A DNA stretch of 64,000 bases, taken from NCBI GenBank assembly GCA_018402235.1, contig JAGYJJ010000002.1:92069-156068 (forward strand), in the 5' to 3' direction. Below the pieces are notes generated by a model, which saw nothing but the letters and a program-made list of their open reading frames with translations, made no database searches and was not told the origin of the DNA. This DNA comes from Candidatus Nanopelagicales bacterium. Its GTDB lineage: Bacteria > Actinomycetota > Actinomycetes > S36-B12. The number at the start of each line of letters is the position of its first letter. Positions within the stretch are counted from its first letter, which is position 1. The translations under genes and the position numbers were made by a program. Shown one piece after another: positions 1-8,581 of this stretch.

Positions 1-999
1 CGCGGTGATCAAATCGGGGATGACTTCAGCCACATCACCCACGATCGGGATGTCCGCATGCCGATTCTTGCCGATCTCCGCCGGATCAATATCTGCGTGA
101 ATAACCGATGCGTTCGGGGCGAAGCTCGACAGCTTGCCAGTCACACGATCATCGAAACGAGCGCCCAAAGTGATCAGTAGATCGGACTTTTGCAGCGCGC
201 CTACTGCTGCGACCGTTCCGTGCATCCCTGGCATGCCCAGGTGCTGCAGATGGGAATCGGGGAATGCGCCCCGCGCCATCAACGTCGTGACGACCGGGAT
301 CCCGGTGAGCTCAGCAAGGCGGCGCAGTGTTGCCGAAGCGCCAGCGCGAATCACGCCACCACCCACGTACAGCACCGGCTGCCGAGAGGCGAGGATTGCT
401 CGCGCTGCTTCGCGGATCTGCTTAGAGTGCGGCCGGGTGACGGGGTGGTAACCGGGCAAATCGATCTCGGTCGGCCACGCGAACTCGGTACTTGCTTGCA
501 GCGCGTCCTTCGAGATGTCTACGAGCACCGGACCGGGGCGACCGGTCGATGCCAGGTGAAACGCCTCGGCGATCGCGCGCGGGATCTCATCGGGGTTGGT
601 CACCAGGAAGTTGTGTTTGGTGATGGGCATCGTGATACCGCGAATGTCTGCCTCTTGGAACGCATCGGTGCCGATCGCGGCGCTTGGGACCTGACCGGTG
701 ATGGCAACCATCGGTACCGAGTCCATATGGGCGTCCGCGATCGGGGTGACCAGGTTGGTGGCACCCGGTCCGCTCGTGGCCATGCACACACCCACGCGTC
801 CGGTGGCTGCGGCGTAACCCTCCGCCGCGTGCCCAGCCGCCTGCTCGTGACGAACGAGAATGTGGCGGACCTTGGTGGAATCCATCAAAGGGTCATATAC
901 CGGAAGGATCGCCCCACCGGGAATGCCGAAGACCACATCAACGTCGGCGGTCTCCAACGACCGCACCAAAGAGTCGGCTCCGGTGATCTGCTCGCCCAT
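1..999 (-). CDS. ilvB: acetolactate synthase (AHAS) large subunit, N-terminal ~333 codons; 3' end lies beyond the window start
   Basis: My reverse-strand translation from ATG 999-997 gives [63 protein letters not shown]...[28 protein letters not shown], a typical TPP-dependent AHAS N-terminus. It is missing from the ORF track because it has no stop inside the window. The 190..1062 + ORF is its antisense shadow. Confidence 0.9.
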   Translation of the reverse strand, partial: MGEQITGADSLVRSLETADVDVVFGIPGGAILPVYDPLMDSTKVRHILVRHEQAAGHAAEGYAAATGRVGVCMATSGPGATNLVTPIADAHMDSVPMVAITGQVPSAAIGTDAFQEADIRGITMPITKHNFLVTNPDEIPRAIAEAFHLASTGRPGPVLVDISKDALQASTEFAWPTEIDLPGYHPVTRPHSKQIREAARAILASRQPVLYVGGGVIRAGASATLRRLAELTGIPVVTTLMARGAFPDSHLQHLGMPGMHGTVAAVGALQKSDLLITLGARFDDRVTGKLSSFAPNASVIHADIDPAEIGKNRHADIPIVGDVAEVIPDLITA

Positions 1000-1035
1000 C
1001 TGCTCTTTCCTGTCTGGTTTTCGGTGGTACGAATG

Positions 1036-1068
1036 AAAAACCCTCCACACCCGGGTGGGTAGGAGGGA
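1036..1068 (-). terminator. putative attenuator terminator in the ilvB leader (GC-rich hairpin followed by T5 on the minus strand)
   Basis: Minus strand reads CTCCCTCCTACCCACCCGGGTGTGGAGGGTTTTTCATTCG. CCCTCC pairs with GGAGGG around an inner CACCC/GGGTG stem, followed by TTTTT. It lies about 35 nt upstream of the ilvB ATG and downstream of the leader ORF. Confidence 0.5.
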
Positions 1069-1089
1069 GCGCGCGGTTGACGGGGTGCG

Positions 1090-1140
1090 TCAGCGAGCGC
1101 GCCTGGGTACTACGAGAATTCGTGCGGTGCTTGTGGTCAC
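1090..1140 (-). promoter_or_regulatory. candidate ilvB leader peptide ORF (16 aa, MTTSTARILVVPRRAR)
   Basis: Minus strand reads GTG ACC ACA AGC ACC GCA CGA ATT CTC GTA GTA CCC AGG CGC GCT CGC TGA. It has a consecutive Ile-Leu-Val-Val run just upstream of the terminator-like hairpin. Leader-peptide attenuation of ilvBNC is known in Corynebacterium. The Shine-Dalgarno spacing is poor (GGGAG abuts the GTG). Confidence 0.45.
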
Positions 1141-1261
1141 TCCCGAACTGTAGCCCCTGGCGCCCCACCTGTCACGCCCCGGGGCCTTTTCCTCTCAGGT
1201 CCCCCGAGGGCAGTGGCGGAATGAAGCACATTTCGCCAGGGATTGGCGCAACGACCGTCGT

Positions 1262-1286
1262 TCGGCCAGCCCCTGGCGGAAAGTGC
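1262..1286 (-). other. conserved non-coding 25-mer downstream of ilvD copy 1 (minus strand GCACTTTCCGCCAGGGGCTGGCCGA), preceded by a C-rich tract
   Basis: 24 of 25 nt are identical to 8541..8565 downstream of ilvD copy 2, at the same offset (about 17 nt) from the stop codon. The flanking coding DNA of the two paralogues is visibly much more diverged. Confidence 0.7.
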
Positions 1287-1303
1287 GGGGAGGGATGGGG
1301 CGG

Positions 1304-3001
1304 TTAGCCCGTGATGGCGCCCTTCGAGGCGCTGCCCACGAGTTTCACGTATTTGCCCAGCACTCCCCGGTCGTAGCGGGGCGGCAGCGGGGTGAGTACC
1401 GCGCGGCGCTGCGCCAACTCGGACTCATCGACCAGCAGGTCCAAAGTCCGGTTCGGGATATCGATGCGAACCTGATCCCCGTCGGCCACCAGCGCGAGCG
1501 GGCCCCCATCGGCGGCCTCCGGACACACATGCCCCACGCACAACCCTGTAGTCCCTCCGGAGAAGCGACCGTCGGTGACCAACAGCACGTCCTTACCAAG
1601 ACCCGCGCCCTTGATCGCGGCGGTGATCATCAGCATTTCGCGCATGCCCGGTCCACCCTTGGGGCCCTCGTAACGAATAACGACGACGTCCCCCGCCTGA
1701 ATCGTCCCGTCTTCGAGAGCTGCCATCGCCGCTTGCTCTCGATCGAAAACCCGGGCGGCGCCTTCGAAAACATCGACCGGCACCCCGGCGTTTTTCACTA
1801 CCGCGCCATCAGGACACAGCGAACCGCCGAGAATCGTGATGCCGCCGGTAACACCGATCGGGTTGTTGAGCGGGCGCACCACCGTGCCGTCGATATCAGG
1901 TGGGTTCATGTCGGCGAGGTTCTCGGCCACCGTCTTGCCGGTCACTGTTAGGCAATCTCCGTGCAACAGACCGGCATCAAGCAGTGCCTTCATCACGACG
2001 GGAACTCCACCAACCTGGTCAAGGTCGAACATCAAGTACTCACCGAAGGGCTTCAAATCGGCGATGTGGGGAACCTTCTGACCGATGCGGTGAAAGTCAT
2101 CGATTCCCAGATCCACACCAACTTCGTGGGCAATCGCCGGAAGGTGAAGTACTGCGTTGGTTGAACCACCGAGGGCCATAATCACCGCAATGGCGTTCTC
2201 CAAGGATTGCTTGGTGATGATGTCGCGTGCGGTGATCCCCTGACGGATCATCTCCACAACGGCCTCCCCACTTCGACGCGCCAGGGTGTCCCGTCGAGCG
2301 TCGACTGCTGGCGGTGAGGAGGAGCCGGGGAGAGCCAACCCCATCGCTTCGGCGGCACTGGCCATGGTGTTCGCGGTGTACATGCCGCCGCAGGTTCCCG
2401 CGCTGGGACACACGGCTCGCTCAATGCGGTCAACGTCGTCGTCGTTCATCAACCCACGGGCACGCGCGCCAACTGCCTCGAACGCCGTAACGATATTGAC
2501 GGTGTGCTCACTGCCGTCGGATAGGCGCACATGTCCCGGCAGCAGCGACCCCGCGTAGAGCAAGACGGCAGCAATGTCGAGTCGCCCGGCCGCCATCATC
2601 ATTGCCGGAATGGACTTATCGCACCCTGCAAGTGTGACCATCCCATCGAGGCGCTCGGCTTGCATGACCGTCTCGACCGAATCGGCGATCACCTCACGGC
2701 TTACGAGCGAGAAATGCATACCTTCGTGACCCATCGAAATGACATCCGAGACGGTGATCGTTCCGAATTCCATCGGGAATCCGCCACCGGCCTCAATGCC
2801 CTGGGCAACTCCAACGGCCACGTCGCGCAATGACATATTGCACGGCGTGATCCGGTTGTAACTATTGGCTATTCCGATCTGCGGCTTGTCGAAATCGGCA
2901 TCATCCATGCCAAGAGCGCGCAACATCCCCCTGTTGGGCGCACGGTCGGGACCTTCGGTCACTAGGAAACTGCGGGGTTTCATCTGCGAGGGGGATGTCA
3001 T
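1304..3001 (-). CDS. ilvD: dihydroxy-acid dehydratase, copy 1 (565 aa, the more divergent paralogue), directly upstream of the ilvB leader
   Basis: ORF track 565 aa. IlvD/EDD hallmarks are present: [61 protein letters not shown]. Confidence 0.9.
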   Translation of the reverse strand: MTSPSQMKPRSFLVTEGPDRAPNRGMLRALGMDDADFDKPQIGIANSYNRITPCNMSLRDVAVGVAQGIEAGGGFPMEFGTITVSDVISMGHEGMHFSLVSREVIADSVETVMQAERLDGMVTLAGCDKSIPAMMMAAGRLDIAAVLLYAGSLLPGHVRLSDGSEHTVNIVTAFEAVGARARGLMNDDDVDRIERAVCPSAGTCGGMYTANTMASAAEAMGLALPGSSSPPAVDARRDTLARRSGEAVVEMIRQGITARDIITKQSLENAIAVIMALGGSTNAVLHLPAIAHEVGVDLGIDDFHRIGQKVPHIADLKPFGEYLMFDLDQVGGVPVVMKALLDAGLLHGDCLTVTGKTVAENLADMNPPDIDGTVVRPLNNPIGVTGGITILGGSLCPDGAVVKNAGVPVDVFEGAARVFDREQAAMAALEDGTIQAGDVVVIRYEGPKGGPGMREMLMITAAIKGAGLGKDVLLVTDGRFSGGTTGLCVGHVCPEAADGGPLALVADGDQVRIDIPNRTLDLLVDESELAQRRAVLTPLPPRYDRGVLGKYVKLVGSASKGAITG

Positions 3002-3103
3002 TCTCGTAGTCTAGGAAGCATCGTCAGCGGGGGTGCACACACCGACTACCGTCGCGGTTTAACAGACCGCACGCACATAGACACAGCACCGAGAGAAGGC
3101 GAC

Positions 3104-3961
3104 GTGAGCTACCGCACGATCATCACCCCGCGACAACTGCACGACCTTTCGCAATCTGGTGACGAACTCGTCATCTTGGATGCGCGTTTCAATCTCGATG
3201 ACGAGCAGTGGGGTGATCGCGCATTCACCGAAGGACACATTCCCGGCGCCCAACGCGCCGACCTGGCTCGTCACATGTCCGGGGAAATCATCGAGGGAAA
3301 AACCGGACGCCGACCCTTTCCTGACTCCGGAGCATTCGCCGAGACCATTCGCTCGTGGGGAGTCGGCCCGGCTACGCAGGTGGTGGTCTACGACGCCGAC
3401 CGCGGCCTGATGGCAGCCGCGCGCGCGTGGTTCATGCTGCGCTGGATGGGTCACGACGATGTGGCGGTCCTCGATGGCGGTCTGCCCGCGTGGGAAGCTG
3501 CCGGCTTCACGCTCACGAACGCTGCGGAAACTGCTCCAGTGCCGTCGTCGTCCTTCGAGCCGCGTGTTCGCGAGGAGATGGTGGCGGACGTGGAAGAAGT
3601 AGATGCGATGCGCGAGTTAGTTCCCACGCGCGTGTTCGACTCCCGGGGCCCGGAGGGCTATCACGGAAAGGGAAAGTACTACGACCCCGTCCGCGGGCAC
3701 ATCAAGGGCGCTGGACTGGCCGATCGAGCCGAGACGATCACCGAGCAAGGACAATTCCGGAGTCCGGAGCAACTGCGAGCGCACTACGACGCCCTGCGCG
3801 CTGGGCAGGACGCTCACGACATCGTCTTCTACTGCGGGTCCGGGGTTACCGCTGCTCAGAATGTGCTCGCCATGGAACATGCCGGACTTCCTGGAGCGCG
3901 GATGTACATCGGATCGTGGAGCGAATGGATCATCGATCCCAGCCGCGAGGTAGAACTGTGA
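3104..3961 (+). CDS. sseA: tandem-rhodanese thiosulfate/3-mercaptopyruvate sulfurtransferase (285 aa)
   Basis: ORF track 285 aa with GTG start. It has two rhodanese domains and the active-site loop YCGSGVTAAQ. Its stop overlaps the next start (GTGA at 3958-3961). Confidence 0.8.
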   Translation: MSYRTIITPRQLHDLSQSGDELVILDARFNLDDEQWGDRAFTEGHIPGAQRADLARHMSGEIIEGKTGRRPFPDSGAFAETIRSWGVGPATQVVVYDADRGLMAAARAWFMLRWMGHDDVAVLDGGLPAWEAAGFTLTNAAETAPVPSSSFEPRVREEMVADVEEVDAMRELVPTRVFDSRGPEGYHGKGKYYDPVRGHIKGAGLADRAETITEQGQFRSPEQLRAHYDALRAGQDAHDIVFYCGSGVTAAQNVLAMEHAGLPGARMYIGSWSEWIIDPSREVEL

Positions 3962-4986
3962 AGCGCCCCTATCGATTCGCACTCATCGGTTGTGGCTTTT
4001 TCGCCCAGAACCACCTCAAGGCGTGGGCAGACATGCCCGAAGTTGAACTGGTCGCCACCTGCGATATCGACGAGGCGAGCGCTACCGCGGCCGCCCGCGA
4101 TTTTGGTGGCCGGGCGTACACAGATGTTGCGGAACTGTTCGCCAACGAAGAGTTAGATTTCGTAGATATCGCTACTACCCCACCAACGCACCGGATGATG
4201 GTGGAACTCGCGGCCGAGCATGGCGTAGCGGCTATCTGCCAAAAGCCCCTCGCGTGGGACATGGCCGACGCCAAAGCGATGGTCAAAGCGATGGCCGATA
4301 AGGGCCTACCGTTCATGGTGCACGAGAATTTCCGATTCCAGTACCCAATGCGCAAGGTCAAGGAAGTCCTCGATAGCGGCGCCATCGGACGGCCGTTCTT
4401 TAGCCGCATCAGTTTTCGCACCGCGCACGATGTCTACTCAGCTCAGCCTTGGTGCATGGACGCAGATCGCATGATCATCGCCGACGTATCCGTGCATCAA
4501 TTCGATCTGACGCGCTTTTTCATGGGCGAACCCGATCGGCTGTTCACCGATGCCGATCCGCGTGAATCCGAAGATCAAAGGCGAGGACGTCGCCACGATT
4601 GTTCTGTCCTTACCGGGGGCTACCTGCATCGTGGATACCAGCTACGAAAGCAAGTCCGATCACAGTACGTATCCGCAGACCTTCGTCGCCATCGAAGGCA
4701 CTGAGGGAACGATCACTCTGGGCCCGGACTACCACCTGCAGGTGGTCTCCCCGCAGGTATTCACGAGGAGACACTCGTCATTCCAGAACACTCCTGGACG
4801 TCGGAGCCGTGGGATTGCATCCAAGACAGTGTGGTGAATGTGCAGCGACACTGGATTCATTGCCTCAACACGGGGGCGTCCCCAGAAACAAGCGGAGCAG
4901 ACACGCTCCGCGTGCTGGATCTCACCTTGGGTGCCTACCAGTCGCTGGAGAGCGGGGAGCCTTACCGCGTGGGCAGCATGTTGTGA
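3958..4986 (+). pseudogene. Gfo/Idh/MocA-family NAD(P) oxidoreductase, interrupted as sequenced by two compensating frameshifts (~4550-4558 and ~4745-4752)
   Basis: Frame 1 (from GTG 3958) gives VKRPYRFALIGCGFFAQNHLKAW...HQFDLTRFFMGEPDRLFT. Frame 2 continues the homology with RVNPKIKGEDVATIVLSLPGATCIVDTSYES...GPDYHLQVV. Frame 1 resumes with AGIHEETLVIPEHSWTSEPWDCIQDSVVNVQRHWIHCLNTGASPETSGADTLRVLDLTLGAYQSLESGEPYRVGSML*. Frame 1 itself hits a stop at 4702-4704. Confidence 0.75.
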
Positions 4987-6746
4987 ATCAGACCTTCACG
5001 ATCGGTGATCTTCAGGTCACCGTTGACGGCATCGAACTGCGCGATATCCGTTGGCAGGGCTACGAGGCGATTCGCCGCATCTACCCGGTTTTTCAGGATC
5101 GCAACTGGACGAACCGGCCATTCTCCATCGATGAATGTTCGACAGACAGCACGTCAGATGCGGTGAACCTCAACGCGAGCGGAACCGGTTCCTTCGATGC
5201 CGAGCCGCTGAGTTGGGAAGTCCAGGCTCGCATCAGCGACGATGCCATCGCGTATCACTTCACGGCGCAGTCCACGTCGTCCTTCCTCCGCAATCGACTG
5301 GGGCTGTGCGTACTTCATCCGATGTCCGCAGCCGGGAGCACCTGCCAGGTGGAACACACCGACGGGAGCCACACGAATTCAGCGCTTCCCGAGACAATCT
5401 CCCCGCACCAACCGTTCGTAGACATTCGAGCGATCACTCATGCGCTTCCGGGCGGGGGCACGGCGACCGTACGCATGACCGGCGAAACCTTCGAAATGGA
5501 GGATCACCGGAACTGGACGGATGCCTCGTTCAAGACCTACTGCACGCCCATCTCGCTGCCTTTCCCCGTTGAGGTAACTCCCGGCGCGATCATCGAACAG
5601 CACGTTTCGGTGACGTTTACCCCCGGCGATCCCGCCACCACTCAGCCTTCGGACACCATCACGATCAGCTTCGATGATCACGTAACGGACCTACCTCGAC
5701 TGGGAACGTGCCTACCCGCTGATTCCCGGACGCTAACCAACGTTCAAGCCGAACAGTTCGCCACTCTCAGCCTCGACCACCTACGCATCGACCTCGATCC
5801 GAGCGCTACGGACGCAACGGATCAGTTGGCAGCCGCCGCCCAATCTGCTTACCGAATAGGTACCCACCTGCGAGTCAGCACTACCTGCGAGGACCCATCC
5901 CAGTTGCACACCTTCGCGGACGCGCCCACGGACGTCACCTCACTGATCGACTGCTGGTACGTGTTCAGCGCGAACCACAAGGTCACGCCAACGCAGTGGG
6001 CATCGGAAGCCCGGGCAGTCCTCGGCCCTGGTTTCGATCACGTTCGACTAGGCGGTGGCACGAATCTGTATTTCACCGAGCTCAACCGAGAACCACCGGA
6101 CACACTGGCGTTCGACGTCCTGAACTTCTCGATCAATCCTCAAGTACACGCGTTCGATGACCAAACTCTGATTCAGAACACCATGACCCAGCAGATAGTG
6201 GCGGAGAACGCCATTCGATTGACCGAACCCGCCGAACTATCTGTAGCGCCGATCACGCTTCGCCCGCGATTCAATCCGAACGCGACCGATCCCGAAAGCG
6301 ACGTCAGCAACACGGCGCTGCCCAGCGATGTTGATGCCCGTCAACGCACGTACTTCGCCGCACATTGGGCCGCGATGAGCATCAAATACCTGGCAGCCGC
6401 CAACTGCGTTGATGTGGCAACCTATTTCGAGGCGGTCGGCTGGCGGGGAATCATGGAATCGCCCTCAGGTTCGCCTGATACTGCGAACTTCCCGAGCGGC
6501 CCCGACGAACTTTTCCCCGTCTGGCAGGTATTCGAGGCGCTTGCAGACATGACGCACGCGCACACGTGCACTTCAAGTGCACCCGAGCTGGTCGACGCAC
6601 TGATCGTTTCCAATTCCACTGGCGCAAGTCGTGCTCTCATAGCCAATTGGAGCGATCAGGCTCGCTCCGTCACGATCTCCGGACGCACCACTGTCATGAT
6701 CGAGCCTCTTGAACTCACCATTCTCGAATTGATTGCCGCCCCCTAA
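4983..6746 (+). CDS. conserved hypothetical protein (~587 aa), translationally coupled to the Gfo gene; function unknown
   Basis: GTG at 4983 overlaps the upstream TGA (GTGA). Coding-like sequence runs from VNQTFTIGDLQVTVDGIELRDIRWQGYEAIRRIYPVFQDRNWTNRPF... to the stop at 6746. The upstream part of the 715-aa track ORF (4599-4982) is out-of-frame read-through of the Gfo gene. I recognise no family motif. Confidence 0.65.
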   Translation: MNQTFTIGDLQVTVDGIELRDIRWQGYEAIRRIYPVFQDRNWTNRPFSIDECSTDSTSDAVNLNASGTGSFDAEPLSWEVQARISDDAIAYHFTAQSTSSFLRNRLGLCVLHPMSAAGSTCQVEHTDGSHTNSALPETISPHQPFVDIRAITHALPGGGTATVRMTGETFEMEDHRNWTDASFKTYCTPISLPFPVEVTPGAIIEQHVSVTFTPGDPATTQPSDTITISFDDHVTDLPRLGTCLPADSRTLTNVQAEQFATLSLDHLRIDLDPSATDATDQLAAAAQSAYRIGTHLRVSTTCEDPSQLHTFADAPTDVTSLIDCWYVFSANHKVTPTQWASEARAVLGPGFDHVRLGGGTNLYFTELNREPPDTLAFDVLNFSINPQVHAFDDQTLIQNTMTQQIVAENAIRLTEPAELSVAPITLRPRFNPNATDPESDVSNTALPSDVDARQRTYFAAHWAAMSIKYLAAANCVDVATYFEAVGWRGIMESPSGSPDTANFPSGPDELFPVWQVFEALADMTHAHTCTSSAPELVDALIVSNSTGASRALIANWSDQARSVTISGRTTVMIEPLELTILELIAAP

Positions 6747-6759
6747 CCGAAAGGACGCC

Positions 6760-7581
6760 ATGCGACCCGCACCTGCCCTGCCTCCCACCACCGAGTTATT
6801 CCGTATGGATGGAATGCGCGTTTTGCTCACCGGGGCTGGCGGCGCCATCGGGTCCGTTCTCGCCCGAGCATTCGCGGACCTTGGTGCCGTGGTTACCGTC
6901 CATGACCTGACAACCGACAAAGTCCAACCGTTGGTTGCAGCAATCGAGGAAGCCGGCGGCACCGCATACGCCCTCTCAGCCGACATCTCCCACGCTGACC
7001 AGTGTTCGAGATTGATTGATGAAGCCGTGGCAACCATGGGTGGTCTGGACGTACTCGTCAATGGCGCGGGCATCAACCGACGCAAGCCGATCCTCGAAGT
7101 GACGGTGGATGACTTCGACGCCATCACCGCAGTGAACATGCGTGCGGTGTACTTCCTCAGCCAAGCTGCACACCCGCACCTCAAGAGCTCCGGGCGCGGT
7201 TCGATCGTGAACTTGAGTTCGCTGAGTGCCCGTTACAGCTTCAATACCATCTCCGTCTATGCGGCAACCAAAGCCGCGGTATCGGGCATGACGCGCAGCT
7301 TCGCACGCGAGTGGGTCAAGGACGACATCCGCGTGAACTGCATCGAGCCCTCAGTAGTGCAAACAGAGTTCACTAAGCCGCTGTGGGGTGAAGACCACCG
7401 GTATCGCTGGTTCGAAGACACAACGCCCATCGGCCGTCTTGCTCAGGCCAACGAACTGGTGGGAGCGGTCATCTTCTTGGCCACCCCGGCCTCGAGCTAC
7501 ATCACCGGACAATCCATCGTGATCGAGGGCGGAATCCTCGCTGGCGGCGATTGGGATTCCTACGCGGAGAACAATTCCTGA
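6760..7581 (+). CDS. short-chain dehydrogenase/reductase (SDR) family oxidoreductase
   Basis: ATG 6760 is preceded by AAAGGAC. Motifs present are TGAGGAIG (NAD-binding), NGAG, and a Y-x3-K catalytic pair (YAATKAAV). The 3' end overlaps the convergent FAH gene by 22 nt. Confidence 0.85.
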   Translation: MRPAPALPPTTELFRMDGMRVLLTGAGGAIGSVLARAFADLGAVVTVHDLTTDKVQPLVAAIEEAGGTAYALSADISHADQCSRLIDEAVATMGGLDVLVNGAGINRRKPILEVTVDDFDAITAVNMRAVYFLSQAAHPHLKSSGRGSIVNLSSLSARYSFNTISVYAATKAAVSGMTRSFAREWVKDDIRVNCIEPSVVQTEFTKPLWGEDHRYRWFEDTTPIGRLAQANELVGAVIFLATPASSYITGQSIVIEGGILAGGDWDSYAENNS

Positions 7582-8402
7582 CGCTGCTCGCCCAGTCCGG
7601 TGACGCCCAAAGTCATGACGTCACCTGCGTGCAGGTATCCGGGCTCGGCCATTCCCATAGCCACGCCCGGGGGCGTTCCGGTGTTCACCAGATCCCCTGG
7701 CTCGAGGACCATGAATTGGCTCACGTGGTGAAGGATTGTCGCCACGTTGAAGATCATGTCGTGGGTAGAGCCGGTTTGGCGCCGCTCGCCATTTACATCG
7801 CACCACAGGTCAAGACCCGCCGATAGATCCACCTCATCGGGCGTGACGAGCACCGGGCCACACGGGTTGAACGTCTCGCACGACTTCCCCTTGATCCATT
7901 GGCCGCTGCCACGATTGAGTTGCCACTCACGCTCGGAGACGTCGTTGCTGATGGCGAAACCGGCTATGTGGGACAGCGCCTGCTCCGGTGATTCCAGATA
8001 ACGGCACTGCTTGCCGATCACCACAGCCAACTCGACTTCATAGTCGACCTTCGTGGCTCCGCGGGGGATGCGAACATCGTCATAAGGGCCAACAAGACAG
8101 TTAGGTGCCTTGGTGAACAAGATCGGTTCTTCGGGAACTTTCATGCTGGATTCGTTGGCGTGGTCCACGTAGTTCAAGCCCACACACAAGATCGTGCTGG
8201 GGCGGGCAATCGGAGCACCGATGCGCCCGGAGACGACCGGAAGGGAGCCACTATCGAGCCCACGCAGCCGCTCCATACCGTCGCCCGCAAAGAAGGCCGG
8301 ATCGAAATCGTCGATCACGGCGGAGACATCTCTGTAGCTTCCGTCCACCGCCACCACGGCGGGAACCTCTCCCCCGAAATCACCGATTCGAACCAACCGC
8401 AT
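7560..8402 (-). CDS. fumarylacetoacetate hydrolase (FAH) family protein (280 aa)
   Basis: ORF track 280 aa. FAH-family signatures are present: VGLNYVDHANE, DYEVELAVVIGK, GTPPGVAMG. Confidence 0.85.
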   Translation of the reverse strand: MRLVRIGDFGGEVPAVVAVDGSYRDVSAVIDDFDPAFFAGDGMERLRGLDSGSLPVVSGRIGAPIARPSTILCVGLNYVDHANESSMKVPEEPILFTKAPNCLVGPYDDVRIPRGATKVDYEVELAVVIGKQCRYLESPEQALSHIAGFAISNDVSEREWQLNRGSGQWIKGKSCETFNPCGPVLVTPDEVDLSAGLDLWCDVNGERRQTGSTHDMIFNVATILHHVSQFMVLEPGDLVNTGTPPGVAMGMAEPGYLHAGDVMTLGVTGLGEQRQELFSA

Positions 8403-8540
8403 GTGCTTCTTCCCTTCATAGTGTTGTCGCGTGTTTGCGTCGTCGTCGTTCTAATGAGTGAAACATCGCCCCAGCTGACCCCATCGTGCGTGTGGCGAAA
8501 AGTTGGACAATCCGCCGCACCCTGGCGCACTGACGACCAA

Positions 8541-8565
8541 TCGGCCAGACCCTGGCGGAAAGTGC
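8541..8565 (-). other. second copy of the conserved non-coding 25-mer, downstream of ilvD copy 2 (minus strand GCACTTTCCGCCAGGGTCTGGCCGA)
   Basis: See 1262..1286. It has the same position relative to the TAA stop and is also preceded by a C-rich tract (CCCCCCCACCCCTCGT). Confidence 0.7.
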
Positions 8566-8581
8566 ACGAGGGGTGGGGGGG

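Noticed and set aside
190-1062. 290-aa + strand ORF at the window start
   Set aside because: It is antisense to a clear ilvB reading frame (my translation of the minus strand gives a textbook AHAS N-terminus). It has an Arg/Gly/His-rich, low-complexity composition typical of shadow ORFs in high-GC DNA.
3355-3957. N-terminal 200 codons of the 449-aa track ORF (3355..4704)
   Set aside because: It is out-of-frame overlap with the rhodanese gene and has an Arg/Gly-rich junk composition. Gfo/Idh/MocA homology begins exactly at GTG 3958, which overlaps the rhodanese stop.
4599-4982. N-terminal 128 codons of the 715-aa track ORF
   Set aside because: This is a third-frame read-through of the Gfo gene 3' region. 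Coding-like sequence starts at GTG 4983.
8403-8581. ORFs 8160..8585 (+), 8503..8856 (+) and 8315..8530 (-) as genes in the FAH/ilvD2 intergenic region
   Set aside because: They overlap flanking genes out of frame and lack an RBS. The region is better explained as the ilvD 3' element plus the FAH promoter and RBS.
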